A stretch of DNA of 64,000 bases from Arenicellales bacterium (GTDB taxonomy: Bacteria; Pseudomonadota; Gammaproteobacteria; Arenicellales; JAJDZL01). The position numbers and the translations under genes are program-made. Position 1 is the stretch's first letter. Each line of letters begins with the position of its first letter. The notes below the pieces were generated by a model that had not been told where the DNA came from, made no database searches, and saw only the letters and a list, made by a program, of their open reading frames with translations. Positions 45,306-57,541 of this stretch are shown piece after piece. The DNA lies in the NCBI GenBank assembly GCA_965116205.1, contig OZ220493.1, positions 2,485,072 to 2,549,071 of the forward strand. The letters run 5' to 3'.

Positions 45306-48164
45306 TCAGGCAACGTTTGCTTCAGGTACAGCCAAAATTTTGGATAAGCAGCGTCCGGTATGTGAAGCATCATTTCCCGCTACGGCTTCAGGGGTACCTG
45401 CGGCGACAATATAACCACCTTCTTCACCACCTTCCGGTCCCAAATCTATGATCCAGTCGGCGGATTTGATGATTTCCATGTTGTGTTCAATTACAATGAC
45501 CGTATTGCCGCGGTTGCGTAATTCAAGGAGTACGGACAACAGTTGTTTGATGTCTTCAAAATGCAGACCGGTGGTTGGTTCATCAAGTAAGTAAAGGGTA
45601 TTGCCAGTATCCTTTTTTGACAGTTCTAACGACAGTTTAATACGTTGAGCCTCACCACCGGATAAAGTCGTGGCACTCTGACCGAGTTGAATGTAGTCAA
45701 GTCCCACTTCTTTGAGTGTTTGAAGTCGACGGGCGATGGGTGTGATTGATTCGAAAAGTTCCAAAGCTTCACTGATCGAGAGGTTCAGAATTTCAGAAAT
45801 GTTATATCCCCTATAGGTGATCTCGAGTGTTTCTCGATTGAAACGAGTGCCATTACACACTTTGCACCGCACAAACATATCCGGCAAGAAATGCATTTCA
45901 ACCCTGACCATACCATCTCCTTTACATGATTCACAACGTCCGCCAGGCACATTGAATGAAAAACGACCGGGTTTGTAGCCGCGCGACCGGGCCTCAACCG
46001 TTTTCGCAAAAAGGCTCCGTAGGTTACCGAACAGTCCGGTATAGGTGGCTGGATTAGAGCGCGGTGTACGTCCAATCGGCTGTTGATCAATCCGAATGAT
46101 CTTATCAATCAGTTCAAGACCTTGAATGCTGTCATATTCGGCAGCATTTTGCTTGGCGCGGTTCAGTTTGGAGGCAACGGCCTTGTACACCGTTTCATTG
46201 ATCAGCGTGGATTTACCGGAGCCGGATACGCCGGTTACACAGCAGAACAGTCCGAGTGGAATATTGACATTCAATCGCTTCAGATTATTTCCGCGTACAC
46301 CTTCGATCCTTAACAGGTGAGTTGGGTCGTAAGCCACTCGGGTCTGGGGGATGGGTATTTCTTTTCTGCCACTGAGGTACGCACCGGTCAATGAACTTGA
46401 TGATTTTTCAACGTCTTTTGGGGTACCGGCCGCCACAACATGCCCACCATTCGCACCGGCGCCGGGCCCTAAATCAACGACATAGTCGGCATTTCGTATC
46501 GTATGTTCATCGTGTTCGACTACTACCAGTGTGTTACCCATGTCCCGTAGACGATGCAACGTGTTGAGCAGCCTTTGGTTGTCCCGGTCGTGTAGACCGA
46601 TGGAAGGTTCGTCAAGTACATAAGTCACGCCAACCAATCCCGAGCCCACTTGCGAAGCCAGCCGGATACGTTGCAACTCACCACCGGAGAGTGTATTGGT
46701 GGCGCGGTCCAACGTTACATAGGTTAAGCCGACACTGGCGAGAAACTGTAATCGCGTTTGAATGTCACGAATAATTCGCTCGGCTACGGTATTGGCATGT
46801 TCGACGTAGGCAATGGATAGAAACCAGTTCAACACTTGGCTGACATTCATGCGAGTGATGTAATGAATCGGTTTTCCATGAATGAACACGTTTCTTGAAC
46901 TCATGGATAATCGACTGCCGTCGCATACTTCACAGGGTTGAGTCTGTAGGTACTTTGATAGGCTTTCGCGTACTGCATCGGAAGTTGATTCCTGTATACG
47001 CCGTTTAAAGTTGGGAATGACGCCTTCAAAGGGCCGCATGCTCCGGTAGGTTTTACCGCTGTCGCTGAGATATCGCATTGAAATTTTCTGTTGACCGCTG
47101 CCATACAGTACGACCTCCTGTATTTTTTCCGGTAATTTTTCAAATGGTTGTTCCAGATCGAACTGATAGAATTTAGCGACTGATTCCAACATGCTGTAGT
47201 AGTAGCGGTGGCGCACGTTCCATTCCGCGAGTGCACCCATTGCAATACTAAGTTTTGGATTGACGACAATGCGTTCTTCGTCGAATTGCGAGGTGTAACC
47301 AAGACCGTTGCAGTTTGAACAGGCACCCTTAGGATTGTTGAAGGAAAAAATGCGAGGTTCCATCTCATCAAGAGTATAGCCGCAGTAGGGACAGCCATAT
47401 TGGGTGCTATACACTTCACCTTCATGAGCAATCGCACCGTCCTGAGTGACTTGACAGCAGGTTACCAAGCCGTTCGATAATTGGGTTGCGCTCTGAATCG
47501 AATCCGCCAAACGCTGCCGCACTGCCGGTTTGATGACGAGTCGGTCAACCACGACATCGATGGTATGAATGGTATTTTTGTCTAACTTTGGCACTGATTC
47601 GATTTCGTAAATTTCTGAATCAATGCGAACTCTGACATAGCCCTGTCTTCTGAGGTCGGCAATGATCTGCTCGTGTTCACCTTTGCGGCTGCGAATGATA
47701 GGGGCGATCAACGCAATTCGGGATCCCTCTGGCTTAGCTAGAATCAGATCGACAATTTCTGAAATGGGTTTTGCCATCAGCGCGACTTTATGTTCAGGAC
47801 AACGTGGTTCACCGACACGCGCGTAGAGCAGCCGAAGATAGTCGTAAATTTCGGTGACCGTACCGACCGTCGAACGAGGACTGAAACGTGTCGTTTTCTG
47901 GTGAATGCTGATGGCTGGCGATAAACCCTCGATCGAATCGACGTCAGGCTTGTCCATTAACGATAGAAACTGTCTGGCGTATGAGGAAAGCGATTCGACA
48001 TATCGACGTTGTCCTTCGGCATAAATCGTGTCATAAGCGAGCGACGATTTTCCTGAACCTGAAAGGCCGGTAACGACATTCATGCAGTTACGGGGAAGTT
48101 CTACAGAGACATTTTTGAGGTTGTGCGTGCGTGCGCCTCTGACTGTAATCTTGTCCGTGTTCAC
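45306..48164 (-). CDS. uvrA: Excinuclease ABC subunit A
   Basis: 952 aa with two ABC modules ([18 protein letters not shown]) and CxxC zinc modules. Confidence 0.95.
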   Translation of the reverse strand: MNTDKITVRGARTHNLKNVSVELPRNCMNVVTGLSGSGKSSLAYDTIYAEGQRRYVESLSSYARQFLSLMDKPDVDSIEGLSPAISIHQKTTRFSPRSTVGTVTEIYDYLRLLYARVGEPRCPEHKVALMAKPISEIVDLILAKPEGSRIALIAPIIRSRKGEHEQIIADLRRQGYVRVRIDSEIYEIESVPKLDKNTIHTIDVVVDRLVIKPAVRQRLADSIQSATQLSNGLVTCCQVTQDGAIAHEGEVYSTQYGCPYCGYTLDEMEPRIFSFNNPKGACSNCNGLGYTSQFDEERIVVNPKLSIAMGALAEWNVRHRYYYSMLESVAKFYQFDLEQPFEKLPEKIQEVVLYGSGQQKISMRYLSDSGKTYRSMRPFEGVIPNFKRRIQESTSDAVRESLSKYLQTQPCEVCDGSRLSMSSRNVFIHGKPIHYITRMNVSQVLNWFLSIAYVEHANTVAERIIRDIQTRLQFLASVGLTYVTLDRATNTLSGGELQRIRLASQVGSGLVGVTYVLDEPSIGLHDRDNQRLLNTLHRLRDMGNTLVVVEHDEHTIRNADYVVDLGPGAGANGGHVVAAGTPKDVEKSSSSLTGAYLSGRKEIPIPQTRVAYDPTHLLRIEGVRGNNLKRLNVNIPLGLFCCVTGVSGSGKSTLINETVYKAVASKLNRAKQNAAEYDSIQGLELIDKIIRIDQQPIGRTPRSNPATYTGLFGNLRSLFAKTVEARSRGYKPGRFSFNVPGGRCESCKGDGMVRVEMHFLPDMFVRCKVCNGTRFNRETLEITYRGYNISEILNLSISEALELFESITPIARRLQTLKEVGLDYIQLGQSATTLSGGEAQRIKLSLELSKKDTGNTLYLLDEPTTGLHFEDIKQLLSVLLELRNRGNTVIVIEHNMEIIKSADWIIDLGPEGGEEGGYIVAAGTPEAVAGNDASHTGRCLSKILAVPEANVA

Positions 48165-48885
48165 GAGTTTTATCGTAAGAAGTAAAAACTCAATATGTTA
48201 ACTTCTATCGAACAGACTAGGGAGTATATTTTCGTTGTTAAATTAACGTCGGTGTTCACCATTGACGAGGTATTTTTTCCTTCGCAAATGTCATTTTAGG
48301 TGGACTCCATTGATGCTTCACGCGCATCAATCGAGTGCGATGTCATTCTAAAGCAGTGAATATCGTCTCCGTCGATCGGCTTGACGGTGTAATCATGCTA
48401 TGAATAAGAAAATTTGATGTCGGCGCAATTCGGACCAGCAGAATATGGATTGGCCATCTGTGAGTTCGTATTGAAATTTCTCTAGTAACAATTAAGGTCT
48501 TTAGATCACTTCAATTTCGATTTCCCCCAATGATGCAACAGCAGCTGTATTGTCTACCCAGCTATTTCGACCGGCGCGGCCAAGTGTTCTCAGTTCAGCA
48601 GACCTCAGTTACCGAGGACGGCGATTGACACGGTTATGACCCGGCCAACTTCTCTCAATTTGGTGATCGACCGCACCGGTTGCTGAATTGAATTAAAATA
48701 TCAAGCCTGACTGACCGAGCAGTTCGAGCTTCTGGTTCGACAAAAAATAAATAAATGGTCATCGTGCTGATTGATTCTGGAGAGGAAGATCAGCTGCCTT
48801 ACTCCTCCATTTTTCCGTGTTCACATAAAGATGCGATAATCTCCGGCATGACTCGTCAGAAAATTCGTAGGATAGTATTCAATTC

Positions 48886-50103
48886 ATGTCTGAACACCAA
48901 TTTACCAATCTAGAGAAAAAAACTCTCGCTACGCTTGCCACAGTGGTGGGGCTGCGGATGCTTGGCCTATTCATGGTCTTACCTATTCTTGCACTCTACA
49001 CGGATGAATTCATTCATGCGACACCTTATTTGATCGGTCTTGCACTAGGTATTTATGGTTTCACACAGGCGATCTTTCAGGTGCCATTCGGGGCCGCATC
49101 CGATCGTTGGGGGCGGCGGCCCCTCATTATTCTGGGATTGCTCATTTTTATAGTCGGCAGCATCATCGCCGCGCTATCCACCTCGATCTTCGGCATCATT
49201 CTTGGCCGTGCACTGCAGGGTGCCGGAACCATCTCCGCGGTTGCCCTAGCGATGCTCGGTGAGCGCATGCGTGAATCACAACGTCCCAAATCAATGGCTA
49301 TCATCGGTGTAACCATTGGCATGGCATTCACATTGTCGTTGATGCTAGGCCCGATACTCGACCGATGGATCGGTATTCAAGGAATTTTTTGGTTGGCGGC
49401 GACCCTAGCCATCGTTGGCATGGTTGTGGTGTGGACTTTATTACCCAAGACTACCCAAGAGCCTGCCATTGGTCCCGGTCGACTGAAAGAGAAATGGCCA
49501 CTTGTGTTTACCACAAGATTATTCATCCTGTACATCGGCACAATGGCGACTCATATGGTGATGACTGCCTTATTTCTAGCATTTCCACTTCAATTGATTG
49601 AAATTTCCGCTTTTCAGCGCGATGATCTTTGGCAAGTGATGGTGCCGGCACTCCTGATTTCTTTGGTAGTCCTGGTCCCATTGCTCCGCTATAGCTCGAG
49701 AACGAAACGCATCACCGGGGTGATGCTGGTTGCCGGTTTGCTACTACTCGGCGCACAGGGCGTACTCGGCTACGGATCAATCGCCGAATCTGTGGTGATG
49801 CTGGTCGCAGGACTGTGTCTGTTTTTTATGGGTTTTAACACGTTGGAAGCACTATTACCGTCGACGACGGTAACTCGAGCCCCAGAAAATGCCCGCGGGA
49901 CGGTGATGGGAATCTTCAATGCCAGTACATTCATCGGCGCTTTTTTAGGCGGAGTGTTCGGTGGATTGGTATTTACCCGATATGAAGCGACGGGTGTATT
50001 TCTATTTGCCGGAATTGTTATACTGATATGGCTAGCTGTCACAGTCATGGCACAACGTTATCTTGGCTTGAAATCTGGCAGATGGAACCATTCGATCAAT
50101 TAA
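48886..50103 (+). CDS. MFS transporter
   Basis: 405 aa with 12 predicted helices and a [11 protein letters not shown] loop motif. It occupies the uvrA-MFS-ssb position seen in other gammaproteobacteria. Confidence 0.85.
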   Translation: MSEHQFTNLEKKTLATLATVVGLRMLGLFMVLPILALYTDEFIHATPYLIGLALGIYGFTQAIFQVPFGAASDRWGRRPLIILGLLIFIVGSIIAALSTSIFGIILGRALQGAGTISAVALAMLGERMRESQRPKSMAIIGVTIGMAFTLSLMLGPILDRWIGIQGIFWLAATLAIVGMVVVWTLLPKTTQEPAIGPGRLKEKWPLVFTTRLFILYIGTMATHMVMTALFLAFPLQLIEISAFQRDDLWQVMVPALLISLVVLVPLLRYSSRTKRITGVMLVAGLLLLGAQGVLGYGSIAESVVMLVAGLCLFFMGFNTLEALLPSTTVTRAPENARGTVMGIFNASTFIGAFLGGVFGGLVFTRYEATGVFLFAGIVILIWLAVTVMAQRYLGLKSGRWNHSIN

Positions 50104-50134
50104 CCTCAATAATTTAGTGAAGAGAGAAACGATA

Positions 50135-50608
50135 ATGGCAGGTCCAGGACTTAATAAAGTAACCCTGATTGGAAATTTAGGCGCGGACCCAGAACGCCGC
50201 CGCACACAAACTGGTTTGCTGATTACAAACCTTAATATCGCAACCAATGAAATTTGGTTTGATAAAGACACGCAGGAGAAAAAAGAACGCACCGAATGGC
50301 ATCGTGTGGTTTTCTTTGGGAAGACCGCGGAGCTGATTCTAGACAGCAGTCTACATAAAGGCAGTAAAGCCTATGTTGAAGGTCGTTTACAGACGCGAAA
50401 GTGGCAGGACCAAGAGGGTAACGATCGGTACACGACTGAGATTATCGGTCGGGATTTCATATTTTTAGATCGAGTTGAGGGTGGTAGAGCGCCCGAGCAG
50501 CATTCCGATCCCTTCGAGTCCGAGCCGGCGCGAGCAGTTGCAGAAAAAACGACATCGCCGGAAACGATATCACCGGATTCAGACTTGGACGACGACATTC
50601 CTTGGTAG
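50135..50608 (+). CDS. ssb: Single-stranded DNA-binding protein
   Basis: OB fold ([26 protein letters not shown]) and acidic tail [11 protein letters not shown] 50135 is preferred over GTG 50117. Confidence 0.92.
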   Translation: MAGPGLNKVTLIGNLGADPERRRTQTGLLITNLNIATNEIWFDKDTQEKKERTEWHRVVFFGKTAELILDSSLHKGSKAYVEGRLQTRKWQDQEGNDRYTTEIIGRDFIFLDRVEGGRAPEQHSDPFESEPARAVAEKTTSPETISPDSDLDDDIPW

Positions 50609-50625
50609 TTTATCAGACTTGGATG

Positions 50626-51111
50626 TTAGTTTATCTCGGTGGTTGGTGCCACCTCAAGCGCCTTACGGGCGCGCAGTTTCGCCGCAATGTACTCCGATTG
50701 GGGAATGTGTAACAGTCCTTTAATTTTCCGCATCAGATGTTGCTCATTCGGGTCAATATGTTGATCGACAAGGACGACTTTCCACATGGCTTCAAGCAAC
50801 TTCAGTTTGCTTACGAAATCCCATTCGTCATTAATGATGGATGTCATCTCATGAAGACAGGTGGCTTCATTCAGTTCTTCCTGTACCGTAATCAGATGCT
50901 GTTTGATCTGCCGAGTGTCAGTGTTCAGCACGTTGATCAAGGTTTGTTCGATTGCAGTCCATTCTGATTCATCGAAACACTGATCTGCCCGTGCCACCTC
51001 GATTAATAGCGCGGTCGCAGCTGATTCTGGATTCCAGACTCGGTTGTGATTTGCGGTGGAGTCCGCCATCATGAGTATTGACGTCAAACTCTGCTTTAGT
51101 TTGAATAGCAT
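50626..51111 (-). CDS. TerB-like (tellurite-resistance TerB family) protein
   Basis: 161 aa, helical, with an acidic ADQCFDESEW...D.HIDPNEQHLM pattern reminiscent of TerB/DjlA-N domains. Confidence 0.45.
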   Translation of the reverse strand: MLFKLKQSLTSILMMADSTANHNRVWNPESAATALLIEVARADQCFDESEWTAIEQTLINVLNTDTRQIKQHLITVQEELNEATCLHEMTSIINDEWDFVSKLKLLEAMWKVVLVDQHIDPNEQHLMRKIKGLLHIPQSEYIAAKLRARKALEVAPTTEIN

Positions 51112-51220
51112 GGCAAAGTCGTTGGTGGATAGAATATTTCACTTAAAATACGCAAGCAATTTTATCTGAACATAGCGCGGTAGGAATGGAAACTGAGGCG
51201 TTGCTTTTGCAAGAGTACGC

Positions 51221-52159
51221 GTGACTGAAAAACTGAGAATCGGCGTCGTCGGTGTGGGTTACATGGGCCGGTTACATGCTCAGCATTTCGCCAACAATGA
51301 ACGGGTGGAACTGCTCGGTGTGGTGGATACTGACATCTCCCGAGTTAACCCGTTAGCCGAATCGTTGCGTTGTCGCGCTTATACTGATGCGACGGAACTG
51401 CTGGGACAGGTCGATGCAGTCAGCATCGCGGTTCCGTCGAGCCGGCATCGTGCAGTGGCTGAAATCTTTTTACCGGAAGGAGTGCACGTCCTAATGGAAA
51501 AACCACTCGCTTCGACGGTAGATGATGCACAGTTCGTGGTTGATCTAGCCCGGCACCATCAGGCCAAACTATTGGTAGGGCATCAGGAAAGGTTCAATGC
51601 TGCGATTATGAAAATTGCGCATCGCGTTGATAAACCCAAATTCATAGAAGCAACTCGCCAGGGTCAGTTTGTCGGTCGAGGAGGGGACGTTGACGTCATC
51701 ACCGATCTGATGATTCATGACATTGATCTTGTCTTGGCCATGACCCGGATGGCGGTGACATCAGTATCGGCGCTAGGTGCCTCGGTAATTACGTCGCATG
51801 TGGATATCGCCAATGCCCGACTTGAGTTCACCAATGGTGCGGTCGCGAATGTGACCGCGTCACGTGTCGCCACTGATAAAGTACGAAACTTTAAAATATA
51901 CATGTGCAATGAGTTGATGGATTTGGACCTGCTGGATCAGTCGGTATGGCTGGAAAAACAGACAACGAATGCAGTTGGCATCTCATCAGATCTGACGAGG
52001 GAAGCGATTGATACGGTACCCACGATCACCCTGAAAAATGAAATTGATCATTTTGTTGAAATTGTCCTCAATGGTGGGACCCCATTCGTTTCTGGCGAAG
52101 ATGCCGTATCGGCACTGCGAGTGGCGCAGTTGGTGCGTGAAAAAATCGACCAAAGCTAA
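51221..52159 (+). CDS. Gfo/Idh/MocA-family oxidoreductase (sugar-nucleotide 3-dehydrogenase-like, GnnA/WbpB-type); GTG start
   Basis: LRIGVVGVGYMGRLHA Rossmann N-terminus and EKPLA motif. Its stop overlaps the start of the following aminotransferase (TAATG). Confidence 0.7.
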   Translation: MTEKLRIGVVGVGYMGRLHAQHFANNERVELLGVVDTDISRVNPLAESLRCRAYTDATELLGQVDAVSIAVPSSRHRAVAEIFLPEGVHVLMEKPLASTVDDAQFVVDLARHHQAKLLVGHQERFNAAIMKIAHRVDKPKFIEATRQGQFVGRGGDVDVITDLMIHDIDLVLAMTRMAVTSVSALGASVITSHVDIANARLEFTNGAVANVTASRVATDKVRNFKIYMCNELMDLDLLDQSVWLEKQTTNAVGISSDLTREAIDTVPTITLKNEIDHFVEIVLNGGTPFVSGEDAVSALRVAQLVREKIDQS

Positions 52160-53271
52160 TGTTGAGTGAAGTTGACATTCCATACTTTGACTTGACTCGA
52201 CAGTTTGCTTCCTATCAAGAAGCATGGTTGAACGAGATTGCACGACTCGGCGAGCAAGGAAATTTCATTCTCGGTGATGCGATCCATGAAATTGAAGCCG
52301 AACTTGCAGAATTTCTGGATGTTCAGCATGCGATTACGGTGGCCAGTGGTACCGACGCCATTGTTTTGGCTCTGAAAGCGGCTGGTGTCGGTCCTGGCGA
52401 CGCAGTTATCGTGCCCAATTTTACTTTCTACGCATCGGTAGAGGCAGTTTCACTGGTCGGTGCAACACCCCGTCTGGTTGATATTGATCTGAGTGACTTT
52501 AACATGAAACCGGTGCACGTCAGGGCTGCCATTGATGAGCACGTCAAGGCAATTATTCCGGTCCATTTATTTGGTTTGCCAGCACAACTACCCGAAATTC
52601 TAGCCATTGGTAAAACAAACGACATTCCAGTGATTGAAGATGCTGCACAGGCATTTGGCAGTCAAATCAATCACCGCTACTGTGGAACCCTGGGCGATTA
52701 TGGCTGTTTTAGTTTTTACCCAACAAAAATTCTAGGCGCTTATGGTGATGGCGGCATGATCACCACCAATTCGGCTGAATCAGCGGAACAACTCAAACTG
52801 CTGCGCAATCACGGTGCAGTGGTTGCCAATCGACATCAACTCATCGGTTGTACTAGTCGGCTGGACACGGTGCAAGCCGCGATTTTGCGGTTAAAACTCA
52901 AAACCGTCCATGCTGCCATTCAAAGACGGCGAGAACTGGCGGCACGTTACCGGCAGCAGTTGCCGACCGACGTCATTGTGCTACCGACTGATCGGTCTGC
53001 GCGATGGCACGTTTTCAATATCTTTACCATCCGTGTGCTGGATCGACGGCGGTTGGCAGCGGCCTTGAAGTCCGCCAATATCGGCTACCAGATCTATTAT
53101 CCCATCCCCATCCATAGGCAACTTCCGTATCAGAATCTTGGTTACTCAGACGATGATTTTCCAAACTCAGTGCGTGCTTCGAGTGAAGTCATTTCATTGC
53201 CACTTTATCCAGAAATGAAGGATACAGATGTTGATCAGGTCTGCGCCATTGTTCGTGACACCTTGGTTTAA
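52159..53271 (+). CDS. DegT/DnrJ/EryC1/StrS-family aminotransferase (GnnB/WbpE-like)
   Basis: 370 aa. FSFYPTKILGAYGDGG carries the PLP-lysine context and the N-terminus is DegT-type. Confidence 0.8.
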   Translation: MLSEVDIPYFDLTRQFASYQEAWLNEIARLGEQGNFILGDAIHEIEAELAEFLDVQHAITVASGTDAIVLALKAAGVGPGDAVIVPNFTFYASVEAVSLVGATPRLVDIDLSDFNMKPVHVRAAIDEHVKAIIPVHLFGLPAQLPEILAIGKTNDIPVIEDAAQAFGSQINHRYCGTLGDYGCFSFYPTKILGAYGDGGMITTNSAESAEQLKLLRNHGAVVANRHQLIGCTSRLDTVQAAILRLKLKTVHAAIQRRRELAARYRQQLPTDVIVLPTDRSARWHVFNIFTIRVLDRRRLAAALKSANIGYQIYYPIPIHRQLPYQNLGYSDDDFPNSVRASSEVISLPLYPEMKDTDVDQVCAIVRDTLV

Positions 53272-53761
53272 AGGCAGCGCCTTAGCGCTGGTCTTTTTGT
53301 TGGTCGTGCTTAGCGTCGGTAAAACTGTTGATGCAGCAGAATGTAAACTGTCGACTCGTGATTGGCAGCAAATGCATCACCGGAACATCGCGCTCATTCC
53401 TGATGACGGCCGACTGGTTGAACTGCGAGTACGGATTGCCGATGAACCTAACGAAAGATCGGCGGGCTTTCAGCACATCTGTCCGGAAATCGCTACGCTG
53501 AATGCCATTCTCTTCGTCTATAAACAACCGGAACATCGCGGTTTTCACATGAACAATGTCCATACTGATCTTGATATCGGTTTTTTTGATGCCGAGGGCA
53601 AACTGTTTCAGATTATCCGCATGCACCCAGCTGCGGCGCCGACTTCCCAGCGAGATTCCTATCAAGCCGACGCGGCTTTCCAATATGCATTGGAAACAAG
53701 AGCAGATTTCTTTGTTGAAAATGACCTGCGAGTGGGAGTGACTCGCTTGAGTTTTCAATGA
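53228..53761 (+). CDS. DUF192-family protein (secreted?); start uncertain
   Basis: Signal-like N-terminus, then ADEPNERSAGFQH...ILFVY...FHMNNVHTDLDIGFFD...ALE, which matches the DUF192 pattern. Confidence 0.6.
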   Translation: MLIRSAPLFVTPWFKGSALALVFLLVVLSVGKTVDAAECKLSTRDWQQMHHRNIALIPDDGRLVELRVRIADEPNERSAGFQHICPEIATLNAILFVYKQPEHRGFHMNNVHTDLDIGFFDAEGKLFQIIRMHPAAAPTSQRDSYQADAAFQYALETRADFFVENDLRVGVTRLSFQ

Positions 53762-53762
53762 T

Positions 53763-54287
53763 TCAAGCAGACTCAAGATTAATTGCGAAGCCGAGCTTCT
53801 GCAGTTGCGCCAGGGTTTGGTCAGCATGAGTGTGTAAGATGGCAATGCCTCCAGCCGATTGCCACTCACGGACGTTTTTTATGTAATCGTCAATCAACAC
53901 ATTGGGATTGCCTTGAAAAACTGCATATTCCTGTTTCGCATTTCGTCGTTTGACAAGATGAATTCGATCGAAGTCCGTCAACTGAATGTTATTTCGTAGC
54001 CACCTACGTTTGCCGGATTCGCTATTTGGGTCGGAATAAGGTAGCGAAGAGAGAATGTGCCCGTTGTACAAATCAACGATTTCCCAGAGTGCTTGACCAC
54101 CATCTGCCCAAGCCAAATCGGACCAGAAATTTTGCTTGGTCCGACTCAGTTTCCACATCTGACTGACCGACATTAATTCAATCGGCTTATCGGTCAACTG
54201 GGTCATTCCAGCCATGAAATCACATAGCACGCCATCCATGTCGCAGTAGATTGTGGGTTGGACTGACATATTTGGGTTACCGGTCAA
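53763..54287 (-). CDS. HAD-superfamily 5'(3')-deoxyribonucleotidase-like protein
   Basis: IYCDMDGVLCDF matches the DxDxV HAD motif I. 174 aa, typical NT5C size. Confidence 0.6.
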   Translation of the reverse strand: MTGNPNMSVQPTIYCDMDGVLCDFMAGMTQLTDKPIELMSVSQMWKLSRTKQNFWSDLAWADGGQALWEIVDLYNGHILSSLPYSDPNSESGKRRWLRNNIQLTDFDRIHLVKRRNAKQEYAVFQGNPNVLIDDYIKNVREWQSAGGIAILHTHADQTLAQLQKLGFAINLESA

Positions 54288-54928
54288 TTGGCTACGAATA
54301 AAGTGTCAGTAATGATATTGCAACATGTGCACTGCTGAAGTGTGTGAATATTCAGTCATTAAGTGTTGTGTGAACTATGGTCGTTCGGTCATGGATTCAG
54401 TCGCATTTTACCTTGTCACTCCCTGTCTGGCTCGTCGTCCGACATGAAAAAACACTGCCCAACGATAACAGTCAAAAAGACGATGAAGATTCTGCGGAGA
54501 ATTCTAGCATCATGACCTGCAGAAATCGCTTGATGTTGCCGAGATGATTGATGAAGGTGGAGATGCATAATCGAAGTAAACGACAAGCTACTTGACAAAG
54601 AGGTTTAGAATGGCAAAACCGGGAATTGATAGACAAAAAGCATCATCTCTGAAATCAAATACAACAACATTCTCATATTTTCTTTTCACTAGCTTTGGCA
54701 CCATCGAAAGCTCGTTGACCGAAGCCACAGCGCATCAGTCTTGAAGCTTAAAGCCGGTGAGCGCAGTGACTCCAATCATGGCGTTCCCACACATCTGAAC
54801 CGATGCGAATGCCGACAGTTTATGATAAAATTAACGCCTTGAAACTTCATTGAAAGAGCGGCTAATTCCCGAAATCATGGCGGCGCTTTTTCAATATCTA
54901 TCGTTTTTGTTACTGAGTGTCTTGACCT

Positions 54929-57541
54929 GTGTCCCAAATCATTGCCAAAAAAACTCTGACCACTGACCTGGAAAATGAAATGCGTCAATCCTACCTGGAT
55001 TACGCGATGAGTGTTCTGCTAGGGCGCGCGTTACCCGATGTCCGAGATGGTCTTAAACCCGTTCATCGTCGCATTCTGTATGCGATGTTGAGACTCGGCA
55101 ATTCCTATGACAAGCCGTACAAGAAATCCGCGCGGGTGACCGGTGATGTCATCGGTAAATATCATCCACATGGTGACGCCGCAATCTATGATGCGATCGT
55201 CCGTATGGCACAGGATTTTTCGATGCGCTACCCGCTGGTGGATGGTCAGGGAAACTTTGGGTCAGTCGATGGTGATCGACCGGCGGCAATGCGCTACACC
55301 GAAGTGCGACTGTCGAAAATTGCCCATGAATTGCTTGCCGATATCGACAAGGAGACCATTGATTTTATTCCCAATTACGATGAAACGGAACTTCAGCCGA
55401 TCGTCCTGCCGACGCAGCTGCCCAACCTGCTGTTGAATGGCTCAGAGGGAATCGCCGTTGGTATGTCCACCAAGATTCCACCCCACAATCTCACCGAAAC
55501 CTTGACGGCCTGTCTAGCACTGATAGAAAATCCTGAACTGCCAGCCTACGAATTGCTCCAGTGCATGCCCGGCCCCGATTTTCCGACGGGCGGCATTATC
55601 AATGGTCGGATGGGCATTCTACAGGCTTACAGTACCGGCACCGGTTCAATTCGTCTGCGTGGCAGAGTTGCAGTTGAGTCAAATGACAAAGACAAATTTG
55701 AGTCTCTGATCATTACGGAGCTGCCGTATCAGGTCAAAAAGGCCGCTTGGATTGAACATATTGCCCAGTTGGTCAAGGATGGTCAACTTGAAGATATCAA
55801 AATGGTGCGAGACGAAACGGATAAGTCAGGCCTGCGCGTCGTTGTGGAACTGAAGAAAAATGCCAACGCTGAGTTAATTGAGAACATGCTGTACAGTCGA
55901 ACCAATTTGGAAGTCAGTTTTGGGATCAATCTGGTAGTGATTGAAAACAATCGACCGCGTCGCATCACGCTCCGGGAAATTCTCAATTCCTTCCTGCAAC
56001 ACCGCCGAGAGGTGGTGACCCGACGACTGGAGTTCGAACTGCGAAAAGCTCAATTACGGGCTGAAATCCTGGAAGGTCTTGCCGTAGCGCTATCCAATAT
56101 TGATCGGATGATTGCGATGATCCGTGCTGCGCAAGATCGAAAAGCCGCGAAGAACGACCTGATGGCGACGGGATGGGATCCGAAGATGGTACAACAGCTC
56201 CTTACCGAAAGTCAGGTTGACGTTGCTCAGGATGCCTCAGTAACTGATGCTTCCGAAAGATTTGCGGAGGGATATCGACTGTCAGAAAAACAGACTGATG
56301 AAATTCTGAAGATGCCACTGCAGAACCTGGCCGGATTGGAGCAGGAAAAAGTGTTTAAAGAATTTCGAGAGATCTTAGCTGATATTGCCCGCACGAAGTT
56401 TACTTTAGCTTCACCGGAGCGAGTGATGCAGAAGGTTGCTGATGAGTTGCAGGCACTCAAAGATCAATACGGGAAAAAAGATCAGCGCCGCACTGAGATT
56501 GTTGAAAATGAGCTCAATATCAACAATGAAGATCTGATTGCACGCGAGGAAGTGGTGATAACCATCTCCCATGAAGGTTATGCTAAGCAACAGCCGGTGC
56601 AGGAATATCGCGCACAGAATCGGGGTGGCAAAGGAAAAATAGCCACGGCTCACAAGACCGATGATTTTGTCAGTAAGATGTTCACTGCGAACACCCACGA
56701 CACACTCCTTTGTTTTACCAATCTCGGTAAAGTGTATTGGACCAAAGTTTACCGTCTTGAGCGGGCTGGCCGCACGGCGCGCGGGCGGCCGCTAGTCAAC
56801 GTGTTTCCAGTCTTGGCGAAAGAAGAGAAGGTCACGGCGGTACTTCCTAGCCAAAATGAGGCCGGGCAGTTTCTGTTCATGGTCACGCGTCAGGGGCTGG
56901 TGAAAAAATGTCGCGTCGAGCAGTTTTCCCGGCCACGGTCCAACGGACTGCGAGCCATTCGACTTCGAGACGGTGACGAACTGGTCAACGTGGGATTTAC
57001 CAGTGGCGATGCCGACATCATTCTGATCAGCAATTTCGGTCGATTGGTTCGTTTTGCCGAAACGAAAGTGCGTGCTTCCGGACGAACGTCCATGGGTGTG
57101 AAGGGTATAAAACTGGCTGAAAACCAGTCGGTTATTTCTATGATTCGGGTGGAGCCTGAACAATTTGCCAGCACCGCTCTGCTGGTCAGTGACGACGGGT
57201 GTGGTAAACGCACCCGGATTGTCGAATTTCCTCGTAAAGGAAGAGCAACCATCGGTTTATTTATCCTGCCGGCGAACAAGCGTCAGCACGTCGAAATGAT
57301 TGATGCGCAACTGGTTGAAGATGATGAGCAAGTCATGCTGATCACCAACGGTGGAACACTGATTCGAACGGAAGTTGCCAGTATCTCGATGTATTCAAGA
57401 ACCGCAGGTGGGGTACGGTTAATTGATTTGGGCGATAATGATCGGCTGGTCGGGGTGGCGACGGTCAGAGAGAAAGAAACCTCTCCAGCGATACTGCCTG
57501 ATGGGGAAGATGGTGAGACGTCTGCAGATCGTGACGCATAA
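54929..57541 (+). CDS. gyrA: DNA gyrase subunit A; GTG start
   Basis: [13 protein letters not shown], and [10 protein letters not shown] containing the active-site Tyr. The C-terminal beta-pinwheel repeats are present. Confidence 0.95.
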   Translation: MSQIIAKKTLTTDLENEMRQSYLDYAMSVLLGRALPDVRDGLKPVHRRILYAMLRLGNSYDKPYKKSARVTGDVIGKYHPHGDAAIYDAIVRMAQDFSMRYPLVDGQGNFGSVDGDRPAAMRYTEVRLSKIAHELLADIDKETIDFIPNYDETELQPIVLPTQLPNLLLNGSEGIAVGMSTKIPPHNLTETLTACLALIENPELPAYELLQCMPGPDFPTGGIINGRMGILQAYSTGTGSIRLRGRVAVESNDKDKFESLIITELPYQVKKAAWIEHIAQLVKDGQLEDIKMVRDETDKSGLRVVVELKKNANAELIENMLYSRTNLEVSFGINLVVIENNRPRRITLREILNSFLQHRREVVTRRLEFELRKAQLRAEILEGLAVALSNIDRMIAMIRAAQDRKAAKNDLMATGWDPKMVQQLLTESQVDVAQDASVTDASERFAEGYRLSEKQTDEILKMPLQNLAGLEQEKVFKEFREILADIARTKFTLASPERVMQKVADELQALKDQYGKKDQRRTEIVENELNINNEDLIAREEVVITISHEGYAKQQPVQEYRAQNRGGKGKIATAHKTDDFVSKMFTANTHDTLLCFTNLGKVYWTKVYRLERAGRTARGRPLVNVFPVLAKEEKVTAVLPSQNEAGQFLFMVTRQGLVKKCRVEQFSRPRSNGLRAIRLRDGDELVNVGFTSGDADIILISNFGRLVRFAETKVRASGRTSMGVKGIKLAENQSVISMIRVEPEQFASTALLVSDDGCGKRTRIVEFPRKGRATIGLFILPANKRQHVEMIDAQLVEDDEQVMLITNGGTLIRTEVASISMYSRTAGGVRLIDLGDNDRLVGVATVREKETSPAILPDGEDGETSADRDA

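Noticed and set aside
48545-48561. CTGTATTGTCTACCCAG upstream of uvrA and the MFS gene looked like a possible LexA (SOS) box.
   Set aside because: The right half is CCCA(G) rather than ACAG at the N8 spacing, so it does not fit CTGT-N8-ACAG.
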